This document shows, in pieces, positions 51,501 to 64,000 of a stretch of DNA of 64,000 nt. Source of the DNA: Heterodontus francisci (taxonomy: Eukaryota); the NCBI RefSeq assembly GCF_036365525.1, contig NC_090397.1, forward strand, positions 16,319,657-16,383,656, read 5' to 3'. A program made the translations under genes and the position numbers. Position 1 is the first letter of the stretch. Every line of letters begins with the position of its first letter. The notes beneath the pieces are model-generated. The model saw only the letters and a program-made list of their open reading frames with translations, was not told the DNA's origin and ran no database searches.

Positions 51501-54500
51501 CGAGCTCACAGTGAAACAGCAGCACTTGAAGACAACAGAGCTCACAGTGAAACAGCAGAAGCAGGAATCAATAGAGCTCACAGTGAAACAGCAGCACTGG
51601 AAGACAATAGAGCTCACAGTGAAACAGCAGAACCAGGAATCAATAGAGCTCACAGTGAAACAGCAGCACTGGAAGACAATAGAGCTCAAAGTGAAACAGC
51701 AGCACAAGGAAACAATGCAGCTCACAGTGAAACAGCAGCACTGGAATACAATAGAGCTCACCGTGAAACAGCAGCACTGGAATACAATAGAGCTCACCGT
51801 GAAACAGCAGCACCAGGAAATAATAGAACTCACAGTGAAACAGCAGCACTGGAGGATAATAGAGCTCACAGTGAAAAAGCAGCACTGGAAGACAATAGAG
51901 CTCACCGTGAAACAGCACCACCAGGAAACAGTAGAGCTCACCGGGAAACAGCAGCACCAGGAAACAACAGAGCTCACAGTGAAGAGCAGCACTGGAAGAC
52001 AACAGAGCTCAGAGTGAAACAGCAGCACTGGAAAGCAATCGAGCTCACAGTGAAACAGCGGCAGCAGAAAACAATAGAGATCACAGTGAAACAGCAGCAG
52101 TGGAAAACTATAGAGCTCACAGTGAAACAGCAGCAGCAGGAAACAATGGAGCTCACAGTGAAACAGCAGCAGCAGGAAACAATGGAGCTCACAGTGAAAC
52201 AGCGGCACTGGAAAACAATAGAGATCACAGTGAAACAGCAGCAGTGGAAAGCAAGAGACCTCTCAGTGAAACAGCAGCAGCAGGAAACAATGGAGCTCAC
52301 AGTGAAACAGCAGCAGCAGGAAACAATACATCTCACAGTGAAACAGCAGCATCTGAAAACAATAGAGCTCACAGTGAAACAGCAGCACTGATAAAAGAAT
52401 AGAGCACACAGTGAAACAGCAGCAGCGGTAAACAGTCGAGCTCACAGTGAAACAGCAGCACCGGGAAACAATACAGCTCACAGTGAAACAGCAGCACTGG
52501 AAAGCAATCGAGCTCACAGTGAAACAGCAGCAACAGGAAACAATTGAGCTCACAGTGAAACAGCAGCAGTGGAAAACTATAGAGCTCAAAGTGAAACAGC
52601 AGCAGCGGAAAACAATAGAGATCACAGTGAAACAGCAGCAGTGGAAAACAAGAGACCTCTCAGTGAAACAGCAGCAGCAGGAAACAATAGAGCTCACAGT
52701 GAAACAGCAGCAGCGGAATACAATAGAGCTCACAGTGAAACAGCAGCAGCGGAAAACAATAGAGATCACAGTGCAACACCAGCAGTGGAACACAATAGAC
52801 CTCTCAGTGAAACAGCAGCACCAGAAAACAATACAGCTCAGTGAAACAGCAGCACTGGACAACAATAGAGCTCTCAGTGAAACAGCAGCACTGGAAAACA
52901 GTGGAGCTCACAGTGAAACAGCAGCACTGGAAAACAGTGGAGCTCACAGTGAAACAGCAGCACCAGGAAACAATACAGCTCATATTGAAACAGCAGCACT
53001 GGAAACTAATACAGCTCAAAGTGAAACAGTTGCACCAGGAAACACTAGAGCTCACAGTGAAACAGCAGCACAAGGAAACAATGCAGCTCACAGTGAAACA
53101 GCAGCACTGGAAAACAATCGAGCTCAAAGTGAAACAGCTGCACCAAGAAACAATAGAGCTCACAGTTTAACAGCAGCACTGGAAAACAATAGAGCTTACA
53201 GTGCAACAGCAGCACCAGGAAACAATCGAGCTCACAGTGAAACAGCAGCACCAGGAAACAATACAGCTCACAGTGAAACAGCAGCACCAGGAAACAATAG
53301 AGCTCACAGTGAAACAGCAGCACTGGAAAACAATTGAGCTCACAGTGAAACAGCAGCACCAGAAAACAAAAGAGCTCACAGTGAAACAGCAGCACCAGGA
53401 AACAATAGAGCTCACCGTGAAACAGCAGCACAGGAAAACAATAGAGCTCACAGTGAAACAGCATCACTGGAGGATAATCGAGCTCACAGTAAAACAGCAG
53501 CAGTGGAAAACAATAGAGCTCAATGTGAAACAGCAGCACCGGAAAACAATAGTGCTCACAGTGAAACAGCAGCACATTTAAAACAGTCAAGCTCACAGTG
53601 AAACAGCAGCAGTGGAAAACAGTGGAGCTCACTGTGAAACAGCAGCACTGGAAAACATCGAGCTCACAGTGAAACAGCAGCACGGGAAAACAATAGAGCT
53701 CACAGTGAAACAGCAGCACCAGGAAACAATCGAGCTCACAGTGAAACAGCAGCACTTGAAGACAATAGAGCTCACAGTGAAACAGCAGAACCAGGAATCA
53801 ATGGAGCTCACAGTGAAACAGCAGCACTGGAAGACAATAGAGCTCACAGTGAAACAGCAGAACCAGGAATCAATAGAGCTCACAGTGAAACAGCAGCACT
53901 GGAAGACAATAGAGCTCATAGTGAAACAGCAGCACTGGAAAACAATAGAGCTCACAGTGAAACAGCAGCACTGGAATACAATAGAGCTCACCGTGAAACA
54001 GCAGCACCAGGAAATAATAGAACTCACAGTGAAACAGCAGCACAGGAGGATAATAGAGCTCACAGTGAAAAAGCAGCACTGGAAGACAATAGAGCTCACC
54101 GTGAAACAGCAGCACCAGGAAACTGTAGAGCTCACCGGGAAACAGCAACACCAGGAAACAACAGAGTTCACAGTGAAGACCAGCACTGGAAGACAACAGA
54201 GCTCACAGTGAAACAGCAGCACTGGAAAGCAATCGAGCTCACAGTGAAACAGCAGCAACAGGAAGCAATTGAGCTCACATGTGAAACAGCAGCAGTGAAA
54301 AACTATAGATATCACAGTGAAACAGCAGCAGAGGAAAACAAGAGACCTCTCAGTGAAACAGCAGCAGCAGGAAACAATACAGCTCACAGTGAAACAGCAG
54401 CACCAGAAAACAATAGAGCTCACAGTGAAACAGCAGCAGCGGAATACAATAGAGCTCACAGTGAAACAGCAGCACGAGGGAACAATACAGCTCACAGTGA

Positions 54501-57500
54501 AACAGCAGCACTGGAAAACAATGGAGCTCACAGTGAAACAGCAACACCAGGAAACAATAGAGCTCACAGTGAAACAGCAGCACTGAAAAAGAATAGAGCA
54601 CACAGTGAAACAGCAGCAGTGGAAAACAGTCGAGCTCACAGTGAAACAGCAGCACCGGGAAACAATACAGCTCACAGTGAAACAGCAGCACTGGAAAGCA
54701 ATAGAGCTCAAAGTGAAACAGCAGCATTAGGAAACAATCAAGCTCACAGTGAAACAGCAGCACTGGAAAACAATAGAGCTCACAGTGAAACAGCAGCAGC
54801 GGAAAACAATAGAGATCACAGTGCAACACCAGCAGTGGAAAACAATAGACCTCTCAGTGAAACAGCAGCACCAGAAAACAATACAGCTCACAGTGAATCA
54901 GCAGCACTGGACAACACTAGAGCTCTCAGTGAAACAGCGGCACCGGAAAACAATAGAGCTCGCAGTGAAACAGCAGCAATAGGAAACAATACAGCTCACA
55001 GTGAAACAGCAGCACTGGAAAACAGTGGAGCTCACAGTGAAGCAGCAGCACCGGAAAACAATAGAGCTCGCAGTGAAACAGCAGCACCAGGAAACAATAG
55101 AGCTCACAGTGAAACAGCAGCAGCGGATAACAGTCGAGCTCTCAGTGAAACAGCAGCACCAGGAAACAATAGAGCTCACAGTGAAACAGCAGCACCGGGA
55201 AACAATCGAGCTCACAATGTAAAAGCAGCACGAGGAAATAATCGAGCTCACAGTGAAACAGCAGCACTGGAAAACAATAGAGCTCACAGTGAAACAGCAG
55301 CACTGGAAATCAATAGAGCACACAGTGAAACAGCAGCACTGGAAAACAATAGAGCTCACAGTGAAACAGCAGCACTGGAAAACAATAGAGCTTACAGTGA
55401 AACAGCAGCACCAGGAAACAATAGAGCTCACAGTGAAATAGCAGCACCAGAAAACAATAGAGCTCACAGTGAAACAGCAGCACCGGAATACAATAGAGCT
55501 CACAGTGAAACAGCAGCGCTGGAAAACAATAGAGCTCAAAGTGAAACAGCAGCACCAGGAAACAATAGAGTTCACAGTGAAACCGCAGCACCGGAATACA
55601 ACAGAGCTCACAGTGAAACAGCAGCACTGGAAAACAATAGAGCTCAAAGTGAAACAGCAGCACCAGGAAACAATACAGCTCACAGTGAAACAGCAGCACC
55701 AGGAAACAATAGAGCTCACAGTGAAACAGCAGCACCAGGAAACAATAGAGCTCACAGTGAAACAGCAGCACTGGAAAACAATTGAGCTCACAGTGAAACA
55801 GCAGCACCAGAAAACAAAAGAGCTCACAGTGAAACAGCAGCACCAGGAAACAATAGAGCTCACCGTGAAACAGCAGCACAGGAAAACAATAGAGCTCACA
55901 GTGAAACAGCATCACTGGAGGATAATCGAGCTCACAGTAAAACAGCAGCAGTGGAAAACAATAGAGCTCAAAGTGAAACAGCAGCACCGGAAAACAATAG
56001 TGCTCACAGTGAAACAGCAGCACATTTAAAACAGTCAAGCTCACAGTGAAACAGCAGCAGTGGAAAACAGTGGAGCTCACTGTGAAACAGCAGCACTGGA
56101 AAACATCGAGCTCACAGTGAAACAGCAGCACGGGAAAACAATAGAGCTCACAGTGAAACAGCAGCACCAGGAAACAATCGAGCTCACAGTGAAACAGCAG
56201 CACTTGAAGACAATAGAGCTCACAGTGAAACAGCAGAACCAGGAATCAATAGAGCTCACAGTGAAACATCAGCACTGGAAGACAATAGAGCTCACAGTGA
56301 AACAGCAGAACCAGGAATCAATAGAGCTCACAGTGAAACAGCAGCACTGGAAGACAATAGAGCTCATAGTGAAACAGCAGCACTGGAAAACAATAGAGCT
56401 CACAGTGAAACAGCAGCACTGGAATACAATAGAGCTCACCGTGAAACAGCAGCACCAGGAAATAATAGAACTCACAGTGAAACAGCAGCACAGGAGGATA
56501 ATAGAGCTCACAGTGAAAAAGCAGCACTGGAAGACAATAGAGCTCACCGTGAAACAGCAGCACCAGGAAACTGTAGAGCTCACCGGGAAACAGCAACACC
56601 AGGAAACAACAGAGTTCACAGTGAAGACCAGCACTGGAAGACAACAGAGCTCACAGTGAAACAGCAGCACTGGAAAGCAATCGAGCTCACAGTGAAACAG
56701 CAGCAACAGGAAGCAATTGAGCTCACATGTGAAACAGCAGCAGTGAAAAACTATAGATATCACAGTGAAACAGCAGCAGAGGAAAACAAGAGACCTCTCA
56801 GTGAAACAGCAGCAGCAGGAAACAATACAGCTCACAGTGAAACAGCAGCACCAGAAAACAATAGAGCTCACAGTGAAACAGCAGCAGCGGAATACAATAG
56901 AGCTCACAGTGAAACAGCAGCACGAGGGAACAATACAGCTCACAGTGAAACAGCAGCACTGGAAAACAATGGAGCTCACAGTGAAACAGCAACACCAGGA
57001 AACAATAGAGCTCACAGTGAAACAGCAGCACTGAAAAAGAATAGAGCACACAGTGAAACAGCAGCAGTGGAAAACAGTCGAGCTCACAGTGAAACAGCAG
57101 CACCGGGAAACAATACAGCTCACAGTGAAACAGCAGCACTGGAAAGCAATAGAGCTCAAAGTGAAACAGCAGCATTAGGAAACAATCAAGCTCACAGTGA
57201 AACAGCAGCACTGGAAAACAATAGAGCTCACAGTGAAACAGCAGCAGCGGAAAACAATAGAGATCACAGTGCAACACCAGCAGTGGAAAACAATAGACCT
57301 CTCAGTGAAACAGCAGCACCAGAAAACAATACAGCTCACAGTGAATCAGCAGCACTGGACAACACTAGAGCTCTCAGTGAAACAGCGGCACCGGAAAACA
57401 ATAGAGCTCGCAGTGAAACAGCAGCAATAGGAAACAACACAGCTCACAGTGAAACAGCAGCACTGGAAAACAGTGGAGCTCACAGTGAAGCAGCAGCACC

Positions 57501-60500
57501 GGAAAACAATAGAGCTCGCAGTGAAACAGCAGCACCAGGAAACAATAGAGCTCACAGTGAAACAGCAGCAGCGGATAACAGTCGAGCTCTCAGTGAAACA
57601 GCAGCACCAGGAAACAATAGAGCTCACAGTGAAACAGCAGCACCAGGAAACAATCGAGCTCACAATGTAAAAGCAGCACGAGGAAATAATCGAGCTCACA
57701 GTGAAACAGCAGCACTGGAAAACAATAGAGCTCACAGTGAAACAGCAGCACTGGAAATCAATAGAGCACACAGTGAAACAGCAGCACTGGAAAACAATAG
57801 AGCTCACAGTGAAACAGCAGCACTGGAAAACAATAGAGCTTACAGTGAAACAGCAGCACCAGGAAACAATAGAGCTCACAGTGAAATAGCAGCACCAGAA
57901 AACAATAGAGCTCACAGTGAAACAGCAGCACCGGAATACAATAGAGCTCACAGTGAAACAGCAGCGCTGGAAAACAATAGAGCTCAAAGTGAAACAGCAG
58001 CACCAGGAAACAATAGAGTTCACAGTGAAACCGCAGCACCGGAATACAACAGAGCTCACAGTGAAACAGCAGCACTGGAAAACAATAGAGCTCAAAGTGA
58101 AACAGCTGCACCAGGAAACAATAGAGTTCACAGTGAAACCGCAGCACTGGAAATCAATAGAGCTCACAGTGAAACAGCAGCACTGGGAAACAATAGAGCT
58201 CACAGTGAAACAGCAGCACCAGGAAACAATCAAGCTCACAGTGAAACAGCAGCACCAGAAAACAATAGAGCTCACAGTGAAACAGCAGCACCAGGAAACA
58301 AAAGAGCTCACCGTCAAACAGCAGCACCAGAAAACAATAGAGCTCACAGTGAAACAGCAGCACCAGGAAACAATAGAGCTCACAGTGAAACAGCAGCACC
58401 AGAAAACAATAGAGCTCACAGTGAAACAGCAGCACCAGAAAACAATAGAACTCACAGTGAAACAGCAGCACCAGGAAACAATAGAGCTCACAGTGAAACA
58501 GCAGCACTGGGAAACATTAGAGCTCACAGTGAAACAGCAGCACCGGAAAACAATAGAGCTCACAGTGAAAAAGCAGCACCAGGAAACAATAGAGCTCACA
58601 GTGAAACAGCAGCACCAGGAAACAATAGAGCTCACAGTGAAACAGCAGCACTGGGAAACATTAGAGCTCACAGTGAAACAGCAGCACCGGAAAACAATAG
58701 AGCTCACAGTGAAACAGCAGCACCAGGAAACAATAGAGATCACCGTGAAACAGCAACACGAGGAAACAATAGAGCTCACAGTGAAACAGCAGCACTGGAA
58801 AACAATATAGCTCACAGTGAAAAAGCAGCACCAGGAAACAATAGAGCTCACAGTGAAACAGCAGCACTAGGAAACAATACAGCTCACAGTGAAACAGCAG
58901 CACCAGGAAACAATAGAGCTCACAGTGAAACAGCAGCACTGGAAAACGATAGAGCTCACAGTGAAACAGCAGCACTGGAAAACAATATAGCTCACAGTGA
59001 AACAGCAGCCCTGGAAAACAATAGAGCTCACAGTGAAACAGCAGCACCGGAAAACAATAGAGCTCACAGTGAAACAGCCGCACCAGGAAACAACAGAGCT
59101 CACAGTGAAACAGCAGCACTGGAAAACATCGAGCTCACAGTGAAACAGCAGCAGTGGAAAACAGTAGAGCTCACAGTGAAACAGCAGCACTGGAAAACAA
59201 TAGAGCTCACAGTGAAACAGCTGCACCAGGAAACAACAGAGCTCACAGTGAAACAGCAGCACTAGAAAACAATCAATCTCACTGTGAAACAGCAGCACTG
59301 GAAAACATCGAGCTCACAGTGAAACAGCAGCAGTGGAAAACAATAGAGCTCACAGTGAAACAGCAGCACTGGAAAATAATAGAGCTCACAGTGAAACAGC
59401 TGCACCAGGAAACAACAGAGCTGACAGTGAAACAGCAGCACTGGAAAACAATCAAGCTCACTGTGAAACAGCAGCACTGGAAAACAATCGAGCTCACAGT
59501 GAAACAGCAGCACTGGAAAACAATCGAGCTCACAGTGAAACAGCAGCACTTGAAGACAACAGAGCTCACAGTGAAACAGCAGAACCAGGAATCAATAGAG
59601 CTCACAGTGAAACAGCAGCACTGGAAGACAATAGAGCTCACAGTGAAACAGCAGAACCAGGAATCAATAGAGCTCACAGTGAAACAGCAGCACTGGAAGA
59701 CAATAGAGCTCAAAGTGAAACAGCAGCACAAGGAAACAATGCAGCTCACAGTGAAACAGCAGCACTGGAATACAATAGAGCTCACCGTGAAACAGCAGCA
59801 CTGGAATACAATAGAGCTCACCGTGAAACAGCAGCACCAGGAAATAATAGAACTCACAGTGAAACAGCAGCACTGGAGGATAATAGAGCTCACAGTGAAA
59901 AAGCAGCACTGGAAGACAATAGAGCTCACCGTGAAACAGCACCACCAGGAAACAGTAGAGCTCACCGGGAAACAGCAGCACCAGGAAACAACAGAGCTCA
60001 AAGTGAAGAGCAGCACTGGAAGACAACAGAGCTCAGAGTGAAACAGCAGCACTGGAAAGCAATCGAGCTCACAGTGAAACAGCGGCAGCAGAAAACAATA
60101 GAGATCACAGTGAAACAGCAGCAGTGGAAAACTATAGAGCTCACAGTGAAACAGCAGCAGCAGGAAACAATGGAGCTCACAGTGAAACAGCAGCAGCAGG
60201 AAACAATGGAGCTCACAGTGAAACAGCGGCACTGGAAAACAATAGAGATCACAGTGAAACAGCAGCAGTGGAAAGCAAGAGACCTCTCAGTGAAACAGCA
60301 GCAGCAGGAAACAATGGAGCTCACAGTGAAACAGCAGCAGCAGGAAACAATACAGCTCACAGTGAAACAGCAGCATCTGAAAACAATAGAGCTCACAGTG
60401 AAACAGCAGCACTGAAAAAGAATAGAGCACACAGTGAAACAGCAGCAGCGGCAAACAGTCGAGCTCACAGTGAAACAGCAGCACCGGGAAACAATACAGC

Positions 60501-63500
60501 TCACAGTGAAACAGCAGCACTGGAAAGCAATCGAGCGCACAGTGAAACAGCAGCAACAGGAAACAATTAAGCTCACAGTGAAACAGCAGCAGTGGAAAAC
60601 TATAGAGCTCAAAGTGAAACAGCAGCAGCGGAAAACAATAGAGATCACAGTGAAACAGCAGCAGTGGAAAACAAGAGACCTCTCAGTGAAACAGCAGCAG
60701 TAGGAAACAATAGAGCTCACAGTGAAACAGCAGCAGCGGAATACAATAGAGCTCACAGTGAAACAGCAGCAGCGGAAAACAATAGAGATCACAGTGCAAC
60801 ACCAGCAGTGGAACACAATAGACCTCTCAGTGAAACAGCAGCACCATAAAACAATACAGCTCACAGTGAAACAGCAGCACTGGACAACAATAGAGCTCTC
60901 AGTGAAACAGCAGCACTGGAAAACAGTGGAGCTCACAGTGAAACAGCAGCACTGGAAAACAGTGGAGCTCACAGTGAAACAGCAGCACCAGGAAACAATA
61001 CAGCTCATATTGAAACAGCAGCACTGGAAACTAATACAGCTCAAAGTGAAACAGTTGCACCAGGAAACACTAGAGCTCACAGTGAAACAGCAGCACAAGG
61101 AAACAATGCAGCTCACAGTGAAACAGCAGCACTGGAAAACAATCGAGCTCAAAGTGAAACAGCTGCACCAAGAAACAATAGAGCTCACAGTTTAACAGCA
61201 GCACTGGAAAACAATAGAGCTTACAGTGCAACAGCAGCACCAGGAAACAATACAGCTCACAGTGAAACAGCAGCACCAGGAAACAATAGAGCTCACAGTG
61301 AAACAGCAGCACCAGGAAACAATAGAGCTCACAGTGAAACAGCAGCACTGGAAAACAATTGAGCTCACAGTGAAACAGCAGCACCAGGAAACAATAGAGC
61401 TCACCGTGAAACAGCAGCACAGGAAAACAATAGAGCTCACAGTGAAACAGCAGCACTGGAAAACAATAGAGCTCACCGTGAAACAGCAGCACCAGAAAAC
61501 AATAGAGCTCACAGTGAAACAGCAGCACCAGGAAACAATAGAGATCTCAGTGAAATAGCAGCAGCGGAAAACAATAGAGCTCACAGTGAAACAGCAGCAG
61601 CGGGAAACAAGAGAGCTCACAGTGAAACAGCAGCACCAGGAAACAATAGAGCTCACTGTGAAATAGCAGCACTGGAAAACAATGGAGCTCACAGTGAAAC
61701 AGCAGCACCAGGAAATAACAGAGCTCACAGTGAAACGGCAGCACTGAAAAACAATAGAGTTCACAGTGCAACAGCAGCACAAGGAAACAATGCAGCTCAC
61801 AGTGAAACAGCAGCACTGGAAAACAATCGAGCTCAAAGTGAAACAGCTGCACCAGGAAACAATAGAGCTCACAGTGAAACAGCAGCACCAGGAAACAACA
61901 GAGCTCAAAGTGAAACAGCAGCACTGGAAAACAATAGAGCTCAAAGTGAAACAGCAGCACTGGAAAACAATCGAGCTCAAAGTGAAACAGCTGCACCAGG
62001 AAACAATAGAGCTCACAGTTTAACAGCAGCACTGGAAAACAATAGCGTGCACAGTGAAACAGCAGCACTGGAAAACAATAGAGCTCACCGTGAAACAGCA
62101 GCACCAGGAAACAATAGAGATCTCAGTGAAATAGCAGCAGCGGAAAACAATAGAGCTCACAGTGAAACAGCAGCAGCGGGAAACAAGAGAGCTCACAGTG
62201 AAACAGCAGCACAAGGAAACAATAGAGCTGACAGAGAAACAGCAGCACAAGGAAACAACAGAGCTCACAGTGAAACAGCAGCACTGGAAGACAATAGAGC
62301 TCAAAGTGAAACAGCAGCACAAGGAAACAATGCAGCTCACAGTGAAACAGCAGCACTGGAATACAATAGAGCTCACCGTGAAACAGCAGCACTGGAATAC
62401 AATAGAGCTCACCGTGAAACAGCAGCACCAGGAAATAATAGAACTCACAGTGAAACAGCAGCACTGGAGGATAATAGAGCTCACAGTGAAAAAGCAGCAC
62501 TGGAAGACAATAGAGCTCACCGTGAAACAGCACCACCAGGAAACAGTAGAGCTCACCGGGAAACAGCAGCACCAGGAAACAACAGAGCTCAAAGTGAAGA
62601 GCAGCACTGGAAGACAACAGAGCTCAGAGTGAAACAGCAGCACTGGAAAGCAATCGAGCTCACAGTGAAACAGCGGCAGCAGAAAACAATAGAGATCACA
62701 GTGAAACAGCAGCAGTGGAAAACTATAGAGCTCACAGTGAAACAGCAGCAGCAGGAAACAATGGAGCTCACAGTGAAACAGCAGCAGCAGGAAACAATGG
62801 AGCTCACAGTGAAACAGCGGCACTGGAAAACAATAGAGATCACAGTGAAACAGCAGCAGTGGAAAGCAAGAGACCTCTCAGTGAAACAGCAGCAGCAGGA
62901 AACAATGGAGCTCACAGTGAAACAGCAGCAGCAGGAAACAATACAGCTCACAGTGAAACAGCAGCATCTGAAAACAATAGAGCTCACAGTGAAACAGCAG
63001 CACTGAAAAAGAATAGAGCACACAGTGAAACAGCAGCAGCGGCAAACAGTCGAGCTCACAGTGAAACAGCAGCACCGGGAAACAATACAGCTCACAGTGA
63101 AACAGCAGCACTGGAAAGCAATCGAGCGCACAGTGAAACAGCAGCAACAGGAAACAATTAAGCTCACAGTGAAACAGCAGCAGTGGAAAACTATAGAGCT
63201 CAAAGTGAAACAGCAGCAGCGGAAAACAATAGAGATCACAGTGAAACAGCAGCAGTGGAAAACAAGAGACCTCTCAGTGAAACAGCAGCAGTAGGAAACA
63301 ATAGAGCTCACAGTGAAACAGCAGCAGCGGAATACAATAGAGCTCACAGTGAAACAGCAGCAGCGGAAAACAATAGAGATCACAGTGCAACACCAGCAGT
63401 GGAACACAATAGACCTCTCAGTGAAACAGCAGCACCATAAAACAATACAGCTCACAGTGAAACAGCAGCACTGGACAACAATAGAGCTCTCAGTGAAACA

Positions 63501-64000
63501 GCAGCACTGGAAAACAGTGGAGCTCACAGTGAAACAGCAGCACTGGAAAACAGTGGAGCTCACAGTGAAACAGCAGCACCAGGAAACAATACAGCTCATA
63601 TTGAAACAGCAGCACTGGAAACTAATACAGCTCAAAGTGAAACAGTTGCACCAGGAAACACTAGAGCTCACAGTGAAACAGCAGCACAAGGAAACAATGC
63701 AGCTCACAGTGAAACAGCAGCACTGGAAAACAATCGAGCTCAAAGTGAAACAGCTGCACCAAGAAACAATAGAGCTCACAGTTTAACAGCAGCACTGGAA
63801 AACAATAGAGCTTACAGTGCAACAGCAGCACCAGGAAACAATACAGCTCACAGTGAAACAGCAGCACCAGGAAACAATAGAGCTCACAGTGAAACAGCAG
63901 CACCAGGAAACAATAGAGCTCACAGTGAAACAGCAGCACTGGAAAACAATTGAGCTCACAGTGAAACAGCAGCACCAGGAAACAATAGAGCTCACCGTGA
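30505..64000. repeat. 36-bp tandem satellite, about 930 monomers, running off the window end; consensus CACAGTGAAACAGCAGCAC(TGGA/CAGG/CAGA)AAACAATAGAGCT
   Basis: Directly visible uninterrupted head-to-tail array with occasional 35- and 37-bp variants, a SacI site (GAGCTC) in most monomers, and higher-order duplications. Confidence 0.99.

Noticed and set aside
30333-64000. Long ORFs (up to 869 aa) with Cys-rich, Gln-rich or mucin-like (HSETAAPGNNRA) repeats
   Set aside because: The monomer length is a multiple of 3 and four of six frames lack stops in the consensus. Every frame is broken by stops and by 35/37-bp frameshifting monomers that are copied across higher-order repeats. There is no unique N- or C-terminal domain or splice context, so these are not supported as genes.
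30505-64000. CRISPR array (36-bp repeats)
   Set aside because: The repeats are directly adjacent with no unique spacers, there are no cas genes, and the context is eukaryotic.

Overview
Repeat-rich vertebrate DNA, most likely from a cartilaginous fish (inferred from the CR1/L2 LINEs, DeuSINE-type and tRNA-derived SINEs, Penelope-like element and Harbinger transposon). I found no host gene. Bases 1-30.5 kb are a mosaic of decayed mobile elements. The largest is an 8.6-kb minus-strand endogenous retrovirus-like provirus (4343-12960): LTRs, tRNA-Asn PBS, gag with a coiled coil, PPxY and CCHC, in-frame pro-pol with a degenerate plus an intact-motif RNase H and an integrase, and an env resembling a class I fusion (F-like) protein. 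It fits a lokiretrovirus-type element best. Also present are a two-gene Harbinger transposon nested in a SINE and itself hit by three LINEs, a Penelope-like element with a hammerhead-like motif nested in a SINE, and a hAT MITE. From 30505 to the window end is a >33-kb tandem array of a 36-bp monomer (about 930 copies) with higher-order duplications. Each consensus monomer reads CACAGTG + 12-bp spacer + nonamer-like A-tract, the layout of a V(D)J 12-RSS. The many long ORFs over this array are products of the repeat.
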